32,000 bases of DNA from Candidatus Electronema aureum (GCA_004284765.1 NQJD01000002.1:60001-92000); one strand, 5' to 3'. Positions 7,907 to 17,681 are shown, counted from the stretch's first letter. A program made the numbers and translations. Notes: generated from the sequence alone by a model not told the origin.

Positions 7907-9073
7907 CTATCTTGTATTTCTCGCCGTAACCAATAGAAACCTTGCCAGTGCTTCAGTTCTAACAATTAAAGCTTTAAGCTGCGAATTTGTAATTTTTATA
8001 TCAATGGAATGGGTGCCAGACTGAAAGAAACCAATAAATTTGACATGCGAATTTACGTCTTCGTTTAAAAATTCTGCGAATTTGCCGTGATTTATATTTC
8101 TGCAAACATATAACATGCGAGCCTTACGAGTTGGACGGCCTTTATCATAATGTGAAGGTTCTTTTGTCCATTCGTGAACTTTATCATCTGGAGCTATGCC
8201 ATGTAAGATATGTGTAATCATTTCCCTGAGAGAAACGACAACATGCCTATTTTTATCAGGGTTGCCTGATGTCAACGCTTTTTTGGCACCATGCAAAAGC
8301 TGCCGAATTTGTGGATGAAACCAGTCAAGCAATTCTTCAAGAGAGCATTCAATATCTTCTGTTATTTCAGATTCAATAGGTTCTGTTTGGTCGTCAGCAT
8401 CTTCATTGCCATCCCTTGAAATTGTTTCCAGCAAACGTGAACTTGTCAGCAACTCAATAGATGGTAATCTTGAAACAAATGGCGGAAAATTTGTAATTCT
8501 AATCTCGTTTGAATCGAATGACCTGACAAATGAATTATAATTTTCAGTTAAAACGCCAAGAGATTTAACAGCCTTCATCATCTCATTGGTGTTGTAAATG
8601 GAATTTTCTCTTAAAAAGAATTGAGCTGAATCTATACGTTCCTGAGCAAAAAGGGATATTTTTGAGATACTATCAACGTGTGAGTATAAAGCAGAATTTA
8701 CAGCATCTATTTTTAAACTGATACATTTTGCTGCCTTAGCGTCTGCTAACCAGCTACGATCTATAGATGCTGCTTCTATTTCAGCAAGGGATGCACTTCT
8801 TCCAGTAAGTTTATCTATATCCATTGCTGAACCTGAACAAAGATGTTTTACTGCCTTAGCGTCTGCTAACCAGCTACGATCTATAGATGCTGCTTCTATT
8901 TCAGCAAGGGATGCACTTCTTCCAGTAAGTTTCTCCGTATCTATTGCTGAACCAAGATGTTTTGTCGTCTCAATTTCTGCCAGCAAGCGATGACTTATGG
9001 ATGCTGCGGTTTCAGTAATATCAAATTCTTTGAATTTCTCTATACCAAAATGTTTTTTATACAAGTCTTCCAT
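7907..9073 (-). CDS. Hypothetical 388-aa protein with an internal 40-aa tandem duplication and an acidic linker
   Basis: ORF 7907-9091 (TTG). I prefer the ATG at 9073 (MEDLYKK...). Sampled stretches are about 32-42% GC. The C-terminal ~150 aa (RHVVVSLREMITHILHGIAPDDKVHEW...GRPTRKARMLYV) look globular, but I recognise no family. Confidence 0.65.
   Translation of the reverse strand: MEDLYKKHFGIEKFKEFDITETAASISHRLLAEIETTKHLGSAIDTEKLTGRSASLAEIEAASIDRSWLADAKAVKHLCSGSAMDIDKLTGRSASLAEIEAASIDRSWLADAKAAKCISLKIDAVNSALYSHVDSISKISLFAQERIDSAQFFLRENSIYNTNEMMKAVKSLGVLTENYNSFVRSFDSNEIRITNFPPFVSRLPSIELLTSSRLLETISRDGNEDADDQTEPIESEITEDIECSLEELLDWFHPQIRQLLHGAKKALTSGNPDKNRHVVVSLREMITHILHGIAPDDKVHEWTKEPSHYDKGRPTRKARMLYVCRNINHGKFAEFLNEDVNSHVKFIGFFQSGTHSIDIKITNSQLKALIVRTEALARFLLVTARNTR
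8731..8964. repeat. In-frame 120-bp tandem duplication inside the 388-aa gene
   Basis: 8731-8812 and 8851-8932 are identical over 82 bp. The flanks are similar with one 6-bp indel. The encoded units are KHLGSAIDTEKLTGRSASLAEIEAASIDRSWLADAKAV and KHLCSGSAMDIDKLTGRSASLAEIEAASIDRSWLADAKAA. Confidence 0.95.
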
Positions 9074-9442
9074 TGTTCGTCTGTCTCTCAATTGGTTTGT
9101 TTTTCAATATTGCCCTTAGCTATCATTCAACTATCTATAACAATATCCAGCAACTGACACTGCCATACAGATACCGCTTCTCTGATCAAAAAATTATGTC
9201 CTCGCTCCGTCAAGGAAAATTCTTCCAGCCTTTAGTGCTAAACGCCCCTGCCAAGGCACCCGCATAGGTTTTACCAAGGTATGAGCTTAGGAGTTCCTAT
9301 TAGATTAAGAAAAACCTAATAGGTCTTCATTTCCTCTGAAGGTACATGTAACCACAGGCCGATGCTTTACCCTGTTCTTACCAGAATAGAGCCTGATCTT
9401 GTTGTTTTCTATAAAAAGTCACGCTGATGGGATTGTACTTAG

Positions 9443-9802
9443 TCAGTCGAGTACAATCAGCAGCCAGACAACAGCAGCGTTGATCATGGCGATAAACACC
9501 GCCGCTGAAGCTAAGTCCTTGGCTTTGCCTGAGAGGGAGTGATGCTCCAAGCTAATGCGGTCAATGGCCGCTTCTACTGCCGTGTTGAGTACTTCCACGA
9601 TGAGAATCAGTAGCAGGCTGCCTATTAGCATGGCTCGCTCTACCCCACTCTGACCGAGGACAAAGGCAAGGGGGATGAGGACGCAAAACGAATAGATTTC
9701 CTGTCGGAAGGCAATCTCTTGCCAAGCAGCGACAAGACCGGCCAAAGACCAACCCAAGGCTTTACGGAGATGGCTTTTAGATGTTTTTTGAGAGTCGGGC
9801 AT
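9443..9802 (-). CDS. dgkA: Diacylglycerol kinase (prokaryotic DgkA family)
   Basis: From the ATG at 9802 (119 aa): AFRQE, EVLNTAVEAAIDRIS and AKDLASAAV are DgkA signature segments. The upstream extension in the track ORF is unlikely. Confidence 0.85.
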   Translation of the reverse strand: MPDSQKTSKSHLRKALGWSLAGLVAAWQEIAFRQEIYSFCVLIPLAFVLGQSGVERAMLIGSLLLILIVEVLNTAVEAAIDRISLEHHSLSGKAKDLASAAVFIAMINAAVVWLLIVLD

Positions 9803-9898
9803 GATCAAGGAGTGAGCTGAGGATATGACCCATATTAAAGAGGCTACGGGGAAATGTACAGCAATTTCTTTCAGAACTGAGGAAGCAGTTCTGAGCAA

Positions 9899-11239
9899 TC
9901 AGCATATCTGATCCGCTGCACAATGTACATTCTCCCTCCATTCTTTCAGCAAACCTAAGGCTACTTCCGCGCGGTATTCGCCTCGATTCCGCTTCCGCAT
10001 CTTCTTGGGTAAAGGCGGGAAGAGGCCGAAATTGACATTCGAGGGTTGGAAATGGGCTGGGTCGGTTTCGGTCAGATGACGAATCAACGCACCAAGAGCA
10101 GTTCCGGGCGGTGGCACAGCCATTGCCTGCCCCATAGCCAATCGTGCCGCATTGATGCCTGCAAGCAGCCCCATTGCCGCTGATTCCACATAACCTTCCA
10201 CTCCAGAAAGCTGTCCAGCAAGAAACAGGCCGGGCCGCTTCTTCATTTGTAGGGAATTGTCTAACAACGCCGGGGCACAGATGAAGGTATTACGATGGAT
10301 AGAACCAAGGCGAACAAACTCTGCTTGCTCTAAACCAGGAATGCTACGAAAGACCCGTTTCTGCTCGGCATAGGTTAGCTTGGTTTGAAAGCCGACTAAA
10401 TTATACGCGGTCTCATCGCGATTCTCAGCCCGGAGCTGCACCACCGCATGAGCTTCTTTGCCGGTTTCTGGATGAGCAAGGCCAACCGGCTTCATCGGCC
10501 CAAAACGCAGGGTATCTTTGCCTCGACTACACATCACCTCAATCGGTAAGCAACCTTCAAAATATTTCGGTTCTTCAAAAGCCTTCAGCGGCACGGTTTC
10601 TGCCGTCGATAGCAAATCGATGAAATGAGTGTATTGCTCTTCGTTCATCGGACAATTGAGATAATCTCCCGGTGTGTCATCATCCCAGCGCGATTTACGG
10701 TAGATTATTTCCCTATTGAGCGAATCCGCCGCTACAATCGGGGCGATGGCATCATAAAAGGCGAGATGCTTTTCCCCGGTGAGTTCGATCAAACTGGCGG
10801 TCATCGCCTCAGAAGTAAGTGGCCCAGTGGCGAGAATCACTGGCGTGTCTGTCTGCGGCAGTGTAGTAATTTCTTGTCGGATGACTGCGATACGGGGATG
10901 CTCTGCCATCACGTGGGAAATGTAAGCGGCAAACTGCTGGCGATCAACGGCCAAAGCCGAACCTGCCGGTACAGCCGTTGCTTCAGCTGCTCGTATGATC
11001 AACGAGTCTAACTGCCGCATTTCTTCCTTGAGCAGCCCCACGGCTGAGTCAGGCGCGTTTGAACGCAAGGAGTTAGAGCAAACCAGCTCTCCCAGCAGCT
11101 CTAACTCGTGCGCTGGGCTGAATTTGTTCGGCTTCATCTCGTATAATTCAACCGAGCAGCCGCGCTGTGCTGCTTGCCAAGCTGCTTCACAGCCTGCCAG
11201 TCCGCCGCCAATGATCTGAATCTTTGCTGACATATTCAT
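9899..11239 (-). CDS. trmFO: Methylenetetrahydrofolate--tRNA-(uracil-5-)-methyltransferase TrmFO
   Basis: IQIIGGGLAGCEAAWQ FAD-binding start, NSLRS, FAGQLSGVEGYVESAA and ~445 aa length. The start could be the ATG at 11239 or at 11233. Confidence 0.9.
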   Translation of the reverse strand: MNMSAKIQIIGGGLAGCEAAWQAAQRGCSVELYEMKPNKFSPAHELELLGELVCSNSLRSNAPDSAVGLLKEEMRQLDSLIIRAAEATAVPAGSALAVDRQQFAAYISHVMAEHPRIAVIRQEITTLPQTDTPVILATGPLTSEAMTASLIELTGEKHLAFYDAIAPIVAADSLNREIIYRKSRWDDDTPGDYLNCPMNEEQYTHFIDLLSTAETVPLKAFEEPKYFEGCLPIEVMCSRGKDTLRFGPMKPVGLAHPETGKEAHAVVQLRAENRDETAYNLVGFQTKLTYAEQKRVFRSIPGLEQAEFVRLGSIHRNTFICAPALLDNSLQMKKRPGLFLAGQLSGVEGYVESAAMGLLAGINAARLAMGQAMAVPPPGTALGALIRHLTETDPAHFQPSNVNFGLFPPLPKKMRKRNRGEYRAEVALGLLKEWRENVHCAADQIC

Positions 11240-11382
11240 TATCTCAAGGTATTGCTTAATTTTTAGACAGCTCAAGGGAAAACGGAACAGAGATGAAACG
11301 TGTTGACTTCAGGTGTGCTTTCTTGTTAGGATTGCAGATTTTTCCGAACACATTCTTTTTTCCCTCTGCTCGTTGGAACATC

Positions 11383-11946
11383 ATGGCAAATCCTGAACAT
11401 ACCCCAGAAATGGCATCATTAGACCGCCTGACGGTAGTCCTTTACCGCAGCGGATTATCCCTTTTTGCTCTCAGTTCGGCCTTAGAAGCTGCGGAATTGC
11501 TTTCCGGCGTAAGCATTCTGGGTCGATGGCACCTACCGCTCACAGCTGCTGGGGCAGCCATTGCCAGTGCCAATATTCATTTGTATGATCCCAGATTTCG
11601 TTGGTTTTTCCCGCTGATGAGCTGGCTCGGCCTAATCGTGCTGGCCTTTACTCTGCCGGTGCAGTCGCCAGAAATAGCCAAGCAGCTCTCGGTTTTCAGC
11701 TTGGCCTTCTTTTATGCAGGCGCGGGAATGTTTGCGGTGAAGGAATATTTCTGCTTCCGCATTCCCGGCCTACAGCTGATGCCGCTGCTGCTGGCCGGGG
11801 CGGTGTTGCTGCGCTGGTCGGGACTTGCTGCGGCGGAGGGAACATTTCTTGCTGTTGCAGCCCTGCTCTACCTGTGGCTTGCGTGGGCTAAATGGAGAAT
11901 GCCGCTCCATTTTGACATCGGTGATAAGAGCATGTACACGATGTGA
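11383..11946 (+). CDS. Integral membrane protein (DUF2301-like by recollection)
   Basis: I prefer the ATG at 11383 (MANPEHTPEM...). It has about 5 hydrophobic helices and KEYFCFRIPGLQL and LYDPRFRWFF segments. Confidence 0.6.
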   Translation: MANPEHTPEMASLDRLTVVLYRSGLSLFALSSALEAAELLSGVSILGRWHLPLTAAGAAIASANIHLYDPRFRWFFPLMSWLGLIVLAFTLPVQSPEIAKQLSVFSLAFFYAGAGMFAVKEYFCFRIPGLQLMPLLLAGAVLLRWSGLAAAEGTFLAVAALLYLWLAWAKWRMPLHFDIGDKSMYTM

Positions 11947-11967
11947 TCAACCACCACCGAGCTTTGT

Positions 11968-13458
11968 TCACTCCTCCCACTCTCGTTCATCTCGCGCCAG
12001 CAGAGCCACTGAAGCCACCGGCCCCCAACTACCCGCCGGATAGGGCTTAGGTGGCTCATTCGCCTTGGCCCAAGCGTCCTGAATCGAGTCAATCCACAGC
12101 CAAGAGCTTTCCACCTCGTCACGGTGAATGAAGAGAGCCTGATTGCCCTGCATGACCTCCAGAATCAGCCGCTCGTAAGCCCCGGCAATCCGCTCCTTGC
12201 TGAAGGCTTCGGAAAAGCTCAAGTCCAGCATGGTGCGCTGGAGACGCAGGCAGTCGCTGATGCCCGGCACTTTGTTGAGCATTTCGATTTCCACACCCTC
12301 ATCAGGCTGAAGGCGGATGATCAGCTTGTTGGCAGGCAGGCTGCGGTAAGAGTCGTAAAAGATGTTGTGCGGTAGGGGCTTGTAGTTGATCACCACTTCC
12401 GAACGCTTGCACGCCATCGCCTTGCCAGTGCGGAGATAGAACGGTACTCCAGCCCAACGCCAGTTGTCGATATCAACTCGGATGGCGACAAAGGTTTCCG
12501 TGGTTGAGGTGATATTCCCGCCCTTTTCATCCAGATAGCTGGGTACTGGTTTGCCCTTGATGAAGCCCGGCCCGTATTGGCCACGCACCACCCGCTTGTC
12601 GATATTTTTCGCGGTGATGGGCCGCAGTGCCTTCAGCACCTTGAGCTTCTCGTTGCGCAGGCTGTCGTCATGCAGATTGACTGGTGGCTCCATCGCCACG
12701 AGAGTCAAGATTTGCATAAGGTGATTCTGCACCATGTCACGCAGCTGGCCCGCCTGATCAAAATAACCCCAACGGCTGCCAATCCCCACCTCTTCCGCCA
12801 CCGTGATCTGGACATGATCAATGGTGTTATGATCCCAATTAGTGGTGAAGATCGAGTTGGCAAAGCGCAGGGCAAGCAGATTCATGACCGTTTCTTTGCC
12901 TAAGTAATGGTCGATGCGGTAAACTTGCTTCTCGTTGAATACCTTGGCAACAAGGTCGTTTATCTCAATGGACGAAGCCAAGTTACGACCGATGGGCTTC
13001 TCCAGCACCACCCTTGTGTTCGGCGTGACTAACCCGGCATGTTCTAACCCAGTGCAGATCGGGCCGAAGAGCGACGGAGCCACAGAGAAATAGCTGACAA
13101 AGACCCGCTGCTGCGGATTCACCGCGCCTGCCAAGCGTTTGTACTCCTCCGGTGCATCGAGATTGATCAGCACGTAGCGCATCCGGGCCAGCAGCCGTTC
13201 CGTGATTACCGCCTCTACTTCCTCATGAACAAAGGTCTGGAGCTTAGTCCGCACTTCCGTCAGAAAAGCCTCTTGGCTCAGTTCGTGGCGGGCCACGCCG
13301 ATGACGCGGGTCTCTGGGTGAAGCAGAGTTGCCTTTTCAAGCTGATAGAGTGAGGGCAGCAAATTGCGCTGCGATAAATCACCCAACACCCCAAAGATGG
13401 TGAAGTCGCAGGGTGTTCTTTCCACGTTGACATTGCAGGACGTGTTGTCGGAGATCAT
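11968..13458 (-). CDS. zwf: Glucose-6-phosphate 1-dehydrogenase
   Basis: IFGVLGDLSQRNLLPSLYQL (NADP site), EKPIGRNL and RIDHYLGKE motifs. The ATG at 13456-13458 overlaps the glgP stop (ATGA). Confidence 0.93.
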   Translation of the reverse strand: MISDNTSCNVNVERTPCDFTIFGVLGDLSQRNLLPSLYQLEKATLLHPETRVIGVARHELSQEAFLTEVRTKLQTFVHEEVEAVITERLLARMRYVLINLDAPEEYKRLAGAVNPQQRVFVSYFSVAPSLFGPICTGLEHAGLVTPNTRVVLEKPIGRNLASSIEINDLVAKVFNEKQVYRIDHYLGKETVMNLLALRFANSIFTTNWDHNTIDHVQITVAEEVGIGSRWGYFDQAGQLRDMVQNHLMQILTLVAMEPPVNLHDDSLRNEKLKVLKALRPITAKNIDKRVVRGQYGPGFIKGKPVPSYLDEKGGNITSTTETFVAIRVDIDNWRWAGVPFYLRTGKAMACKRSEVVINYKPLPHNIFYDSYRSLPANKLIIRLQPDEGVEIEMLNKVPGISDCLRLQRTMLDLSFSEAFSKERIAGAYERLILEVMQGNQALFIHRDEVESSWLWIDSIQDAWAKANEPPKPYPAGSWGPVASVALLARDEREWEE

Positions 13459-15980
13459 GCTTGTTCTCCGCTGTCTTTCGAGTGAAAAAGAATTCCATCT
13501 TCTGGCAGTTCCTGCCATTTCAACTCGACCGGGCAGGGCTGCACGTCCCAAACCTTGCGGCTGTACTCCAAAATAGAGCGGTCGGAGGAGAACTTGCCCA
13601 TCCGGGCGGTATTGAGAATCGACATTCTGGTCCAGCTTTTTTTGTCCTCAAACAGCCTGCTCACTCGGTCTTGGCAGTCAATGTAATCCTGATAATCGGC
13701 CAAAAGCATGTAACGATCATCATAAAGCAGCGAATCAACGATCGACTTGAACAGTTCGCGGTCGCCGGAGCTGAAATGGCCACAGCGAATCAACTCAATC
13801 GCCGCCCGCAGGCTTTCGTTGTTTTGATAATAGTCCATCGGTCGATAGCCTTTCTGCCGTAGTTCCATAATTTGTTCCACGGTCAAGCCGAAAAGGAAGA
13901 AGTTTTCTTGGCCAACCTCCTGCCGGATTTCCACATTTGCTCCGTCCAAGGTGCCGATGGTCAAAGCACCGTTCATGGAAAATTTCATGTTGCCAGTACC
14001 AGAGGCTTCCATACCTGCCTGAGAAATCTGCTCGGAGAGATTCGCCATTGGATAGACTATATGGCCAATTTTAACGCTGTAGTTAGGAATGAAGAAAATC
14101 TTGATCTGGTCGCGTACCGCTGGGTCGTTGTTGATCACTTGAGCGACCGAGTTGATCAGTTTAATGATTCGCTTGGCCATGAAATAGCCGGGTGCAGCCT
14201 TACCACCAAAAACAAAGAGCCGAGGCGTGATGCGCAGGCTTGGATTGGCTTTAATCCGACTGTAGAGGGTGATAATGTGGAGAATGTTTAGATGCTGCCG
14301 CTTGTATTCGTGAATGCGTTTAACCTGCACGTCAAACATAACTGAGGGATCAACGCAAATGTTATCACGGCACTCCATCAGCTCGGCAAAATCGCGCTTA
14401 TTCTCTTCCTTGACTTTGCGCCATGCCTCTTGAAACGCCGCATCATCGGCTAATGGTTCTAATCGCCGCAGTTCCTCCAAATTGGTCAGCCATTTTTCGC
14501 CAATAGCCTCAGTAATCAGCTGGGTCAGGCGCGGATTGCTGACGGCAATCCAGCGGCGGGGAGTCACGCCGTTGGTGACATTGCGAATTTTTCCTGGATA
14601 CATCGCGTCCCAGTCGGCCAAGGTGTGCTTGCGCAGCAAATTAGTGTGCAAGGCCGCCACTCCGTTGATGACTTTCGCGCCCATGCAGGCCAGATTAACC
14701 ATCCGCACATAGCGCGGCCCGGTCTCGTCAATCACCGACATGCGCTGCAACCTTCCGTCATCACCGGGATATTTGATCCGTACTTCGTCGAGGAAACAGC
14801 GATTCAGCTCGTAGATAATCTCCAAATGCCGAGGCAAGAGGCTGCCGAACAAATCTAACGGCCATTTCTCCATCGCCTCTGGCAGCAGAGTGTGGTTGGT
14901 GTAGCAGAGGGTCTTGCGGGTGATTTTCCACGCCTCATCCCAATCATAGAGATGGATATCAACCAGCAGGCGCATCAGCTCCGGCACTGCCACTGCCGGG
15001 TGGGTGTCGTTGAGCTGGCCCTGAAAATGCTCATAAAAATTGTGCAAGCTGCTATGCCGGGACAGATGCAGGCGAATCATGTCTTGGAGCGAGCAGGAAA
15101 CTAAGAAAAACTGCTGCTGGAGCCGTAGCTGTTTACCCTCGATTTGCTCATCGCTGGGATACAGTATCTTGGTGATCGCCTCGGCCTTGAGCTTGTCCGC
15201 CACTGCGCTGTAATAATCGCCGGTATTGAATTCGCTGAAATCAAAGGAGGTATGTGACTCTGTGCTCCAAAGACGCAGATAGTTGACCGTATTGACTTTA
15301 TAGCCGGGAATGGGGGTGTCATAGGGTACGCCCATGATCACTCGCGTCGGCCGCCAGCGAATCCGCCGGATGCCCTTCTCAGTGTGATAGATTTCCGTGC
15401 GTCCACCAAAGCTGACTTCGCAAGCCATGACCGGTTTCTTGATTTCCCAAGGATTGCCCTGATGCAGCCAGCGGTCGCTGAACTCCTTCTGCCAACCGTT
15501 AACGATCTTTTGGTTGAACATACCGTATTCGTAACGAATGCCGTAACCAATAGCTGGAATCTGGAGCGAGGAGAGCGAATCAAGATAGCAGACCGCTAAC
15601 CTACCCAAACCGCCACTGCCTAAGCCTGGCTCTTCCTCGTGATTGATGATTTCTTTCAGATTCAGCCCGGTTTCGGCTGCTGCTTGGGCAAAATCCTCAT
15701 ACAGGCCGAGGTTAACTAAATTGTTGTGCAGATGCGGGCCAGTGAGAAATTCCGCTGACAGGTAGCAGACAATCTTAGGGTCTTTCTCCAGCAGCTTTTC
15801 AACCGAATTAACAAAGAAATGCTGCATCCGGTCGCGCAGGGTGTAGGAGACGGCTAAATAATAATCGTTCAAGCTGGCACTGCGCGAGGTCACGCCTTGC
15901 CGACAAAACAGGTTGTAGGCAAAGGCCCGCTTGAGCTTATTGATGCGCCGGTTCCGCTCGTCAGGGGACATGTCAGTCAT
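13455..15980 (-). CDS. glgP: Glycogen/alpha-glucan phosphorylase
   Basis: 841 aa. EASGTGNMKFSMNGALTIGTLDGANVE (PLP-lysine region), RIHEYKRQ and LGNGGLGRLA-like GLGSGGLGRLAVC motifs. Confidence 0.95.
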   Translation of the reverse strand: MTDMSPDERNRRINKLKRAFAYNLFCRQGVTSRSASLNDYYLAVSYTLRDRMQHFFVNSVEKLLEKDPKIVCYLSAEFLTGPHLHNNLVNLGLYEDFAQAAAETGLNLKEIINHEEEPGLGSGGLGRLAVCYLDSLSSLQIPAIGYGIRYEYGMFNQKIVNGWQKEFSDRWLHQGNPWEIKKPVMACEVSFGGRTEIYHTEKGIRRIRWRPTRVIMGVPYDTPIPGYKVNTVNYLRLWSTESHTSFDFSEFNTGDYYSAVADKLKAEAITKILYPSDEQIEGKQLRLQQQFFLVSCSLQDMIRLHLSRHSSLHNFYEHFQGQLNDTHPAVAVPELMRLLVDIHLYDWDEAWKITRKTLCYTNHTLLPEAMEKWPLDLFGSLLPRHLEIIYELNRCFLDEVRIKYPGDDGRLQRMSVIDETGPRYVRMVNLACMGAKVINGVAALHTNLLRKHTLADWDAMYPGKIRNVTNGVTPRRWIAVSNPRLTQLITEAIGEKWLTNLEELRRLEPLADDAAFQEAWRKVKEENKRDFAELMECRDNICVDPSVMFDVQVKRIHEYKRQHLNILHIITLYSRIKANPSLRITPRLFVFGGKAAPGYFMAKRIIKLINSVAQVINNDPAVRDQIKIFFIPNYSVKIGHIVYPMANLSEQISQAGMEASGTGNMKFSMNGALTIGTLDGANVEIRQEVGQENFFLFGLTVEQIMELRQKGYRPMDYYQNNESLRAAIELIRCGHFSSGDRELFKSIVDSLLYDDRYMLLADYQDYIDCQDRVSRLFEDKKSWTRMSILNTARMGKFSSDRSILEYSRKVWDVQPCPVELKWQELPEDGILFHSKDSGEQA

Positions 15981-16140
15981 GGGTAGGCTCCGTTCAAAGA
16001 TTCATCTGCTGCTGTCAGGTTTACCGCATCAGGAGCAGAACTGCAATCTGTTCTGGGGTAAATACGTTCAAGCACGGATGTTAAGGGCGTAGGGTCGCGG
16101 CGGCGTGCCGTGACCCCAGCGAACGGATGATGCAGGAGAT

Positions 16141-17430
16141 CTAATGCTTAAATGCGCGGCAGCCAGTGAACATCATCGCTGCCTGTGGATTGGCTTCGTT
16201 ACAGGCTTCAATAGAAGCATAATCTCGCATCGAACCACCTGCCTGCAAGATAGCGGTGATGCCCTCGCGGATACCTACATCTGCTGCATCACGGAAGGGA
16301 AAAAAAGCATCTGAGATCATCACTGAACCGGGCAGCCCGGCTCGGTCGTTCTTCACTTTCGCATCAATCTCTGCCTTATCTGCAGCCGCCCGTTTACCTT
16401 GCTCCACTTCAAGAGCCATATCAGCATAGGGAATGCCGAAGCGATCAAAGCAGGTAATATCAGCGTATTTGATATAGGCCTTCTGCACAGCAATTTCTGC
16501 CACGCCGACTCGATCTTGTTCACCAGTGCCAATGCCAACCGTGCAGCCGTCTTTCACATAAATGACTGAATTAGACGTAACTCCATGTTCTACAGCCCAG
16601 CCGAAGATCATGTCGTCTAACTCCTGCTGCGTTGGTTGACGTTCACAGAGATATTCTTTACCCTTCCACGTCGCCACCGCTGGTTTTAAATCAGCAGCAG
16701 AGCGAATGGCGTTCACCGCAGACTGCTGGACAATGATGCCGCCGTCTATGAGTGATTTGAAATCAACAAATCGATATCGCTCAAAGTCTGCCAATCGTTT
16801 AATACCATCCATACGAATAACGCGCAAGTTCTTTGCCTTAGCAAGAATCGCCAAGGTGCCTTCTTCAAACTCCGGCGCACAAACTACTTCCAGATAATTC
16901 TGACTCATCAATTCGGCGGTGGCTTTGTCTAATGGTCTATTGACAACTACAGCACCCCCGAAAGCGGCAATGCGATCAGCGCGGTTGGCTCGATTGTAGG
17001 CATCAGCTAAGGTTGCACCGATGGCTGCACCACAGGGGTTGTTATGCTTGAGGATCACCGCTGCTGGTTTATCCATCAAATATTTAATGATGTTCAGGCC
17101 ATTGTCCACATCTGTCAGGTTGATCTTGCCTGGATGCTTGCCCACTTGCAGCATGTCCTCTACCTTGATGCCGCTGACTAAGGCATTACCTGGCTCAATA
17201 AATTTGCAATCACCGAGCAGCAAATTGCCATTGACCAGCTCATACAAGGCTGCTTCCTGATCCGGGTTTTCGCCGTAACGCAGGCCTCGTTCGTCAACAG
17301 TGCCGTCTTCCATAGGAATTGCCCACGTCCGTTTGCGATAGATCAAGGTCTGGTCGCCAAAGGAAAGAGTCATCTCCATCGGGAAAGAATCACCGAGGAT
17401 GGTGGTGTACATTTTTTTCAAATCGCTCAT
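16141..17430 (-). CDS. purH: AICAR formyltransferase-type PurH lacking the N-terminal IMP cyclohydrolase (MGS-like) domain
   Basis: 429 aa. GLRYGENPDQEAALY, LKHNNPCGAA, VIAPEF-like VCAPEFEEG and GGSMRD motifs belong to the AICARFT domain. That domain starts by about residue 45, so there is no room for an IMPCH domain. GGAG lies 8 nt upstream of the ATG. Confidence 0.85.
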   Translation of the reverse strand: MSDLKKMYTTILGDSFPMEMTLSFGDQTLIYRKRTWAIPMEDGTVDERGLRYGENPDQEAALYELVNGNLLLGDCKFIEPGNALVSGIKVEDMLQVGKHPGKINLTDVDNGLNIIKYLMDKPAAVILKHNNPCGAAIGATLADAYNRANRADRIAAFGGAVVVNRPLDKATAELMSQNYLEVVCAPEFEEGTLAILAKAKNLRVIRMDGIKRLADFERYRFVDFKSLIDGGIIVQQSAVNAIRSAADLKPAVATWKGKEYLCERQPTQQELDDMIFGWAVEHGVTSNSVIYVKDGCTVGIGTGEQDRVGVAEIAVQKAYIKYADITCFDRFGIPYADMALEVEQGKRAAADKAEIDAKVKNDRAGLPGSVMISDAFFPFRDAADVGIREGITAILQAGGSMRDYASIEACNEANPQAAMMFTGCRAFKH

Positions 17431-17498
17431 GAAATACTCCGATTTTTTGTGAAATTATCGTTCTGAAGGGTTGTCGGCAGCTGTCAGTAAAAGTTCAA

Positions 17499-17527
17499 AA
17501 TATACTCTGCGCTGCCCATCTTGCCAA
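17499..17527 (-). promoter_or_regulatory. Candidate sigma70-type promoter for the purH-like gene (TTGGCA-N17-TATATT)
   Basis: On the minus strand, TTGGCA is the rc of 17522-17527 and TATATT the rc of 17499-17504, with a 17-nt spacer. It sits about 70 nt upstream of the ATG. Confidence 0.4.
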
Positions 17528-17681
17528 CCCGGAAAAAATCAGGTTCAGCGTTGTTGTTTCTTGCTTTTGGTAATCACCCCCCAGCAGTGATTTTCTCTGT
17601 CTCAGTCACCTGTAAAAAAAAATAGCCCAAATTTTAGGTAGTGGGTTACCATCCGTTGATGTTTATTTTTTTGGATATATT

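Noticed and set aside
17431-17680. Possible ZTP (pfl) riboswitch in the 250-nt region upstream of the purH-like gene
   Set aside because: purH is a classic ZTP-riboswitch target, and GUGACUGAGAC and GGCAAGAUGGGCAG faintly resemble the two sub-domains. However, the highly conserved GGGUCGUGACUGGCG and CCGCCUGGGC cores are not present. A good TTGGCA-N17-TATATT promoter also leaves only a ~70-nt leader. A covariance-model scan (Rfam ZTP model) would settle it.
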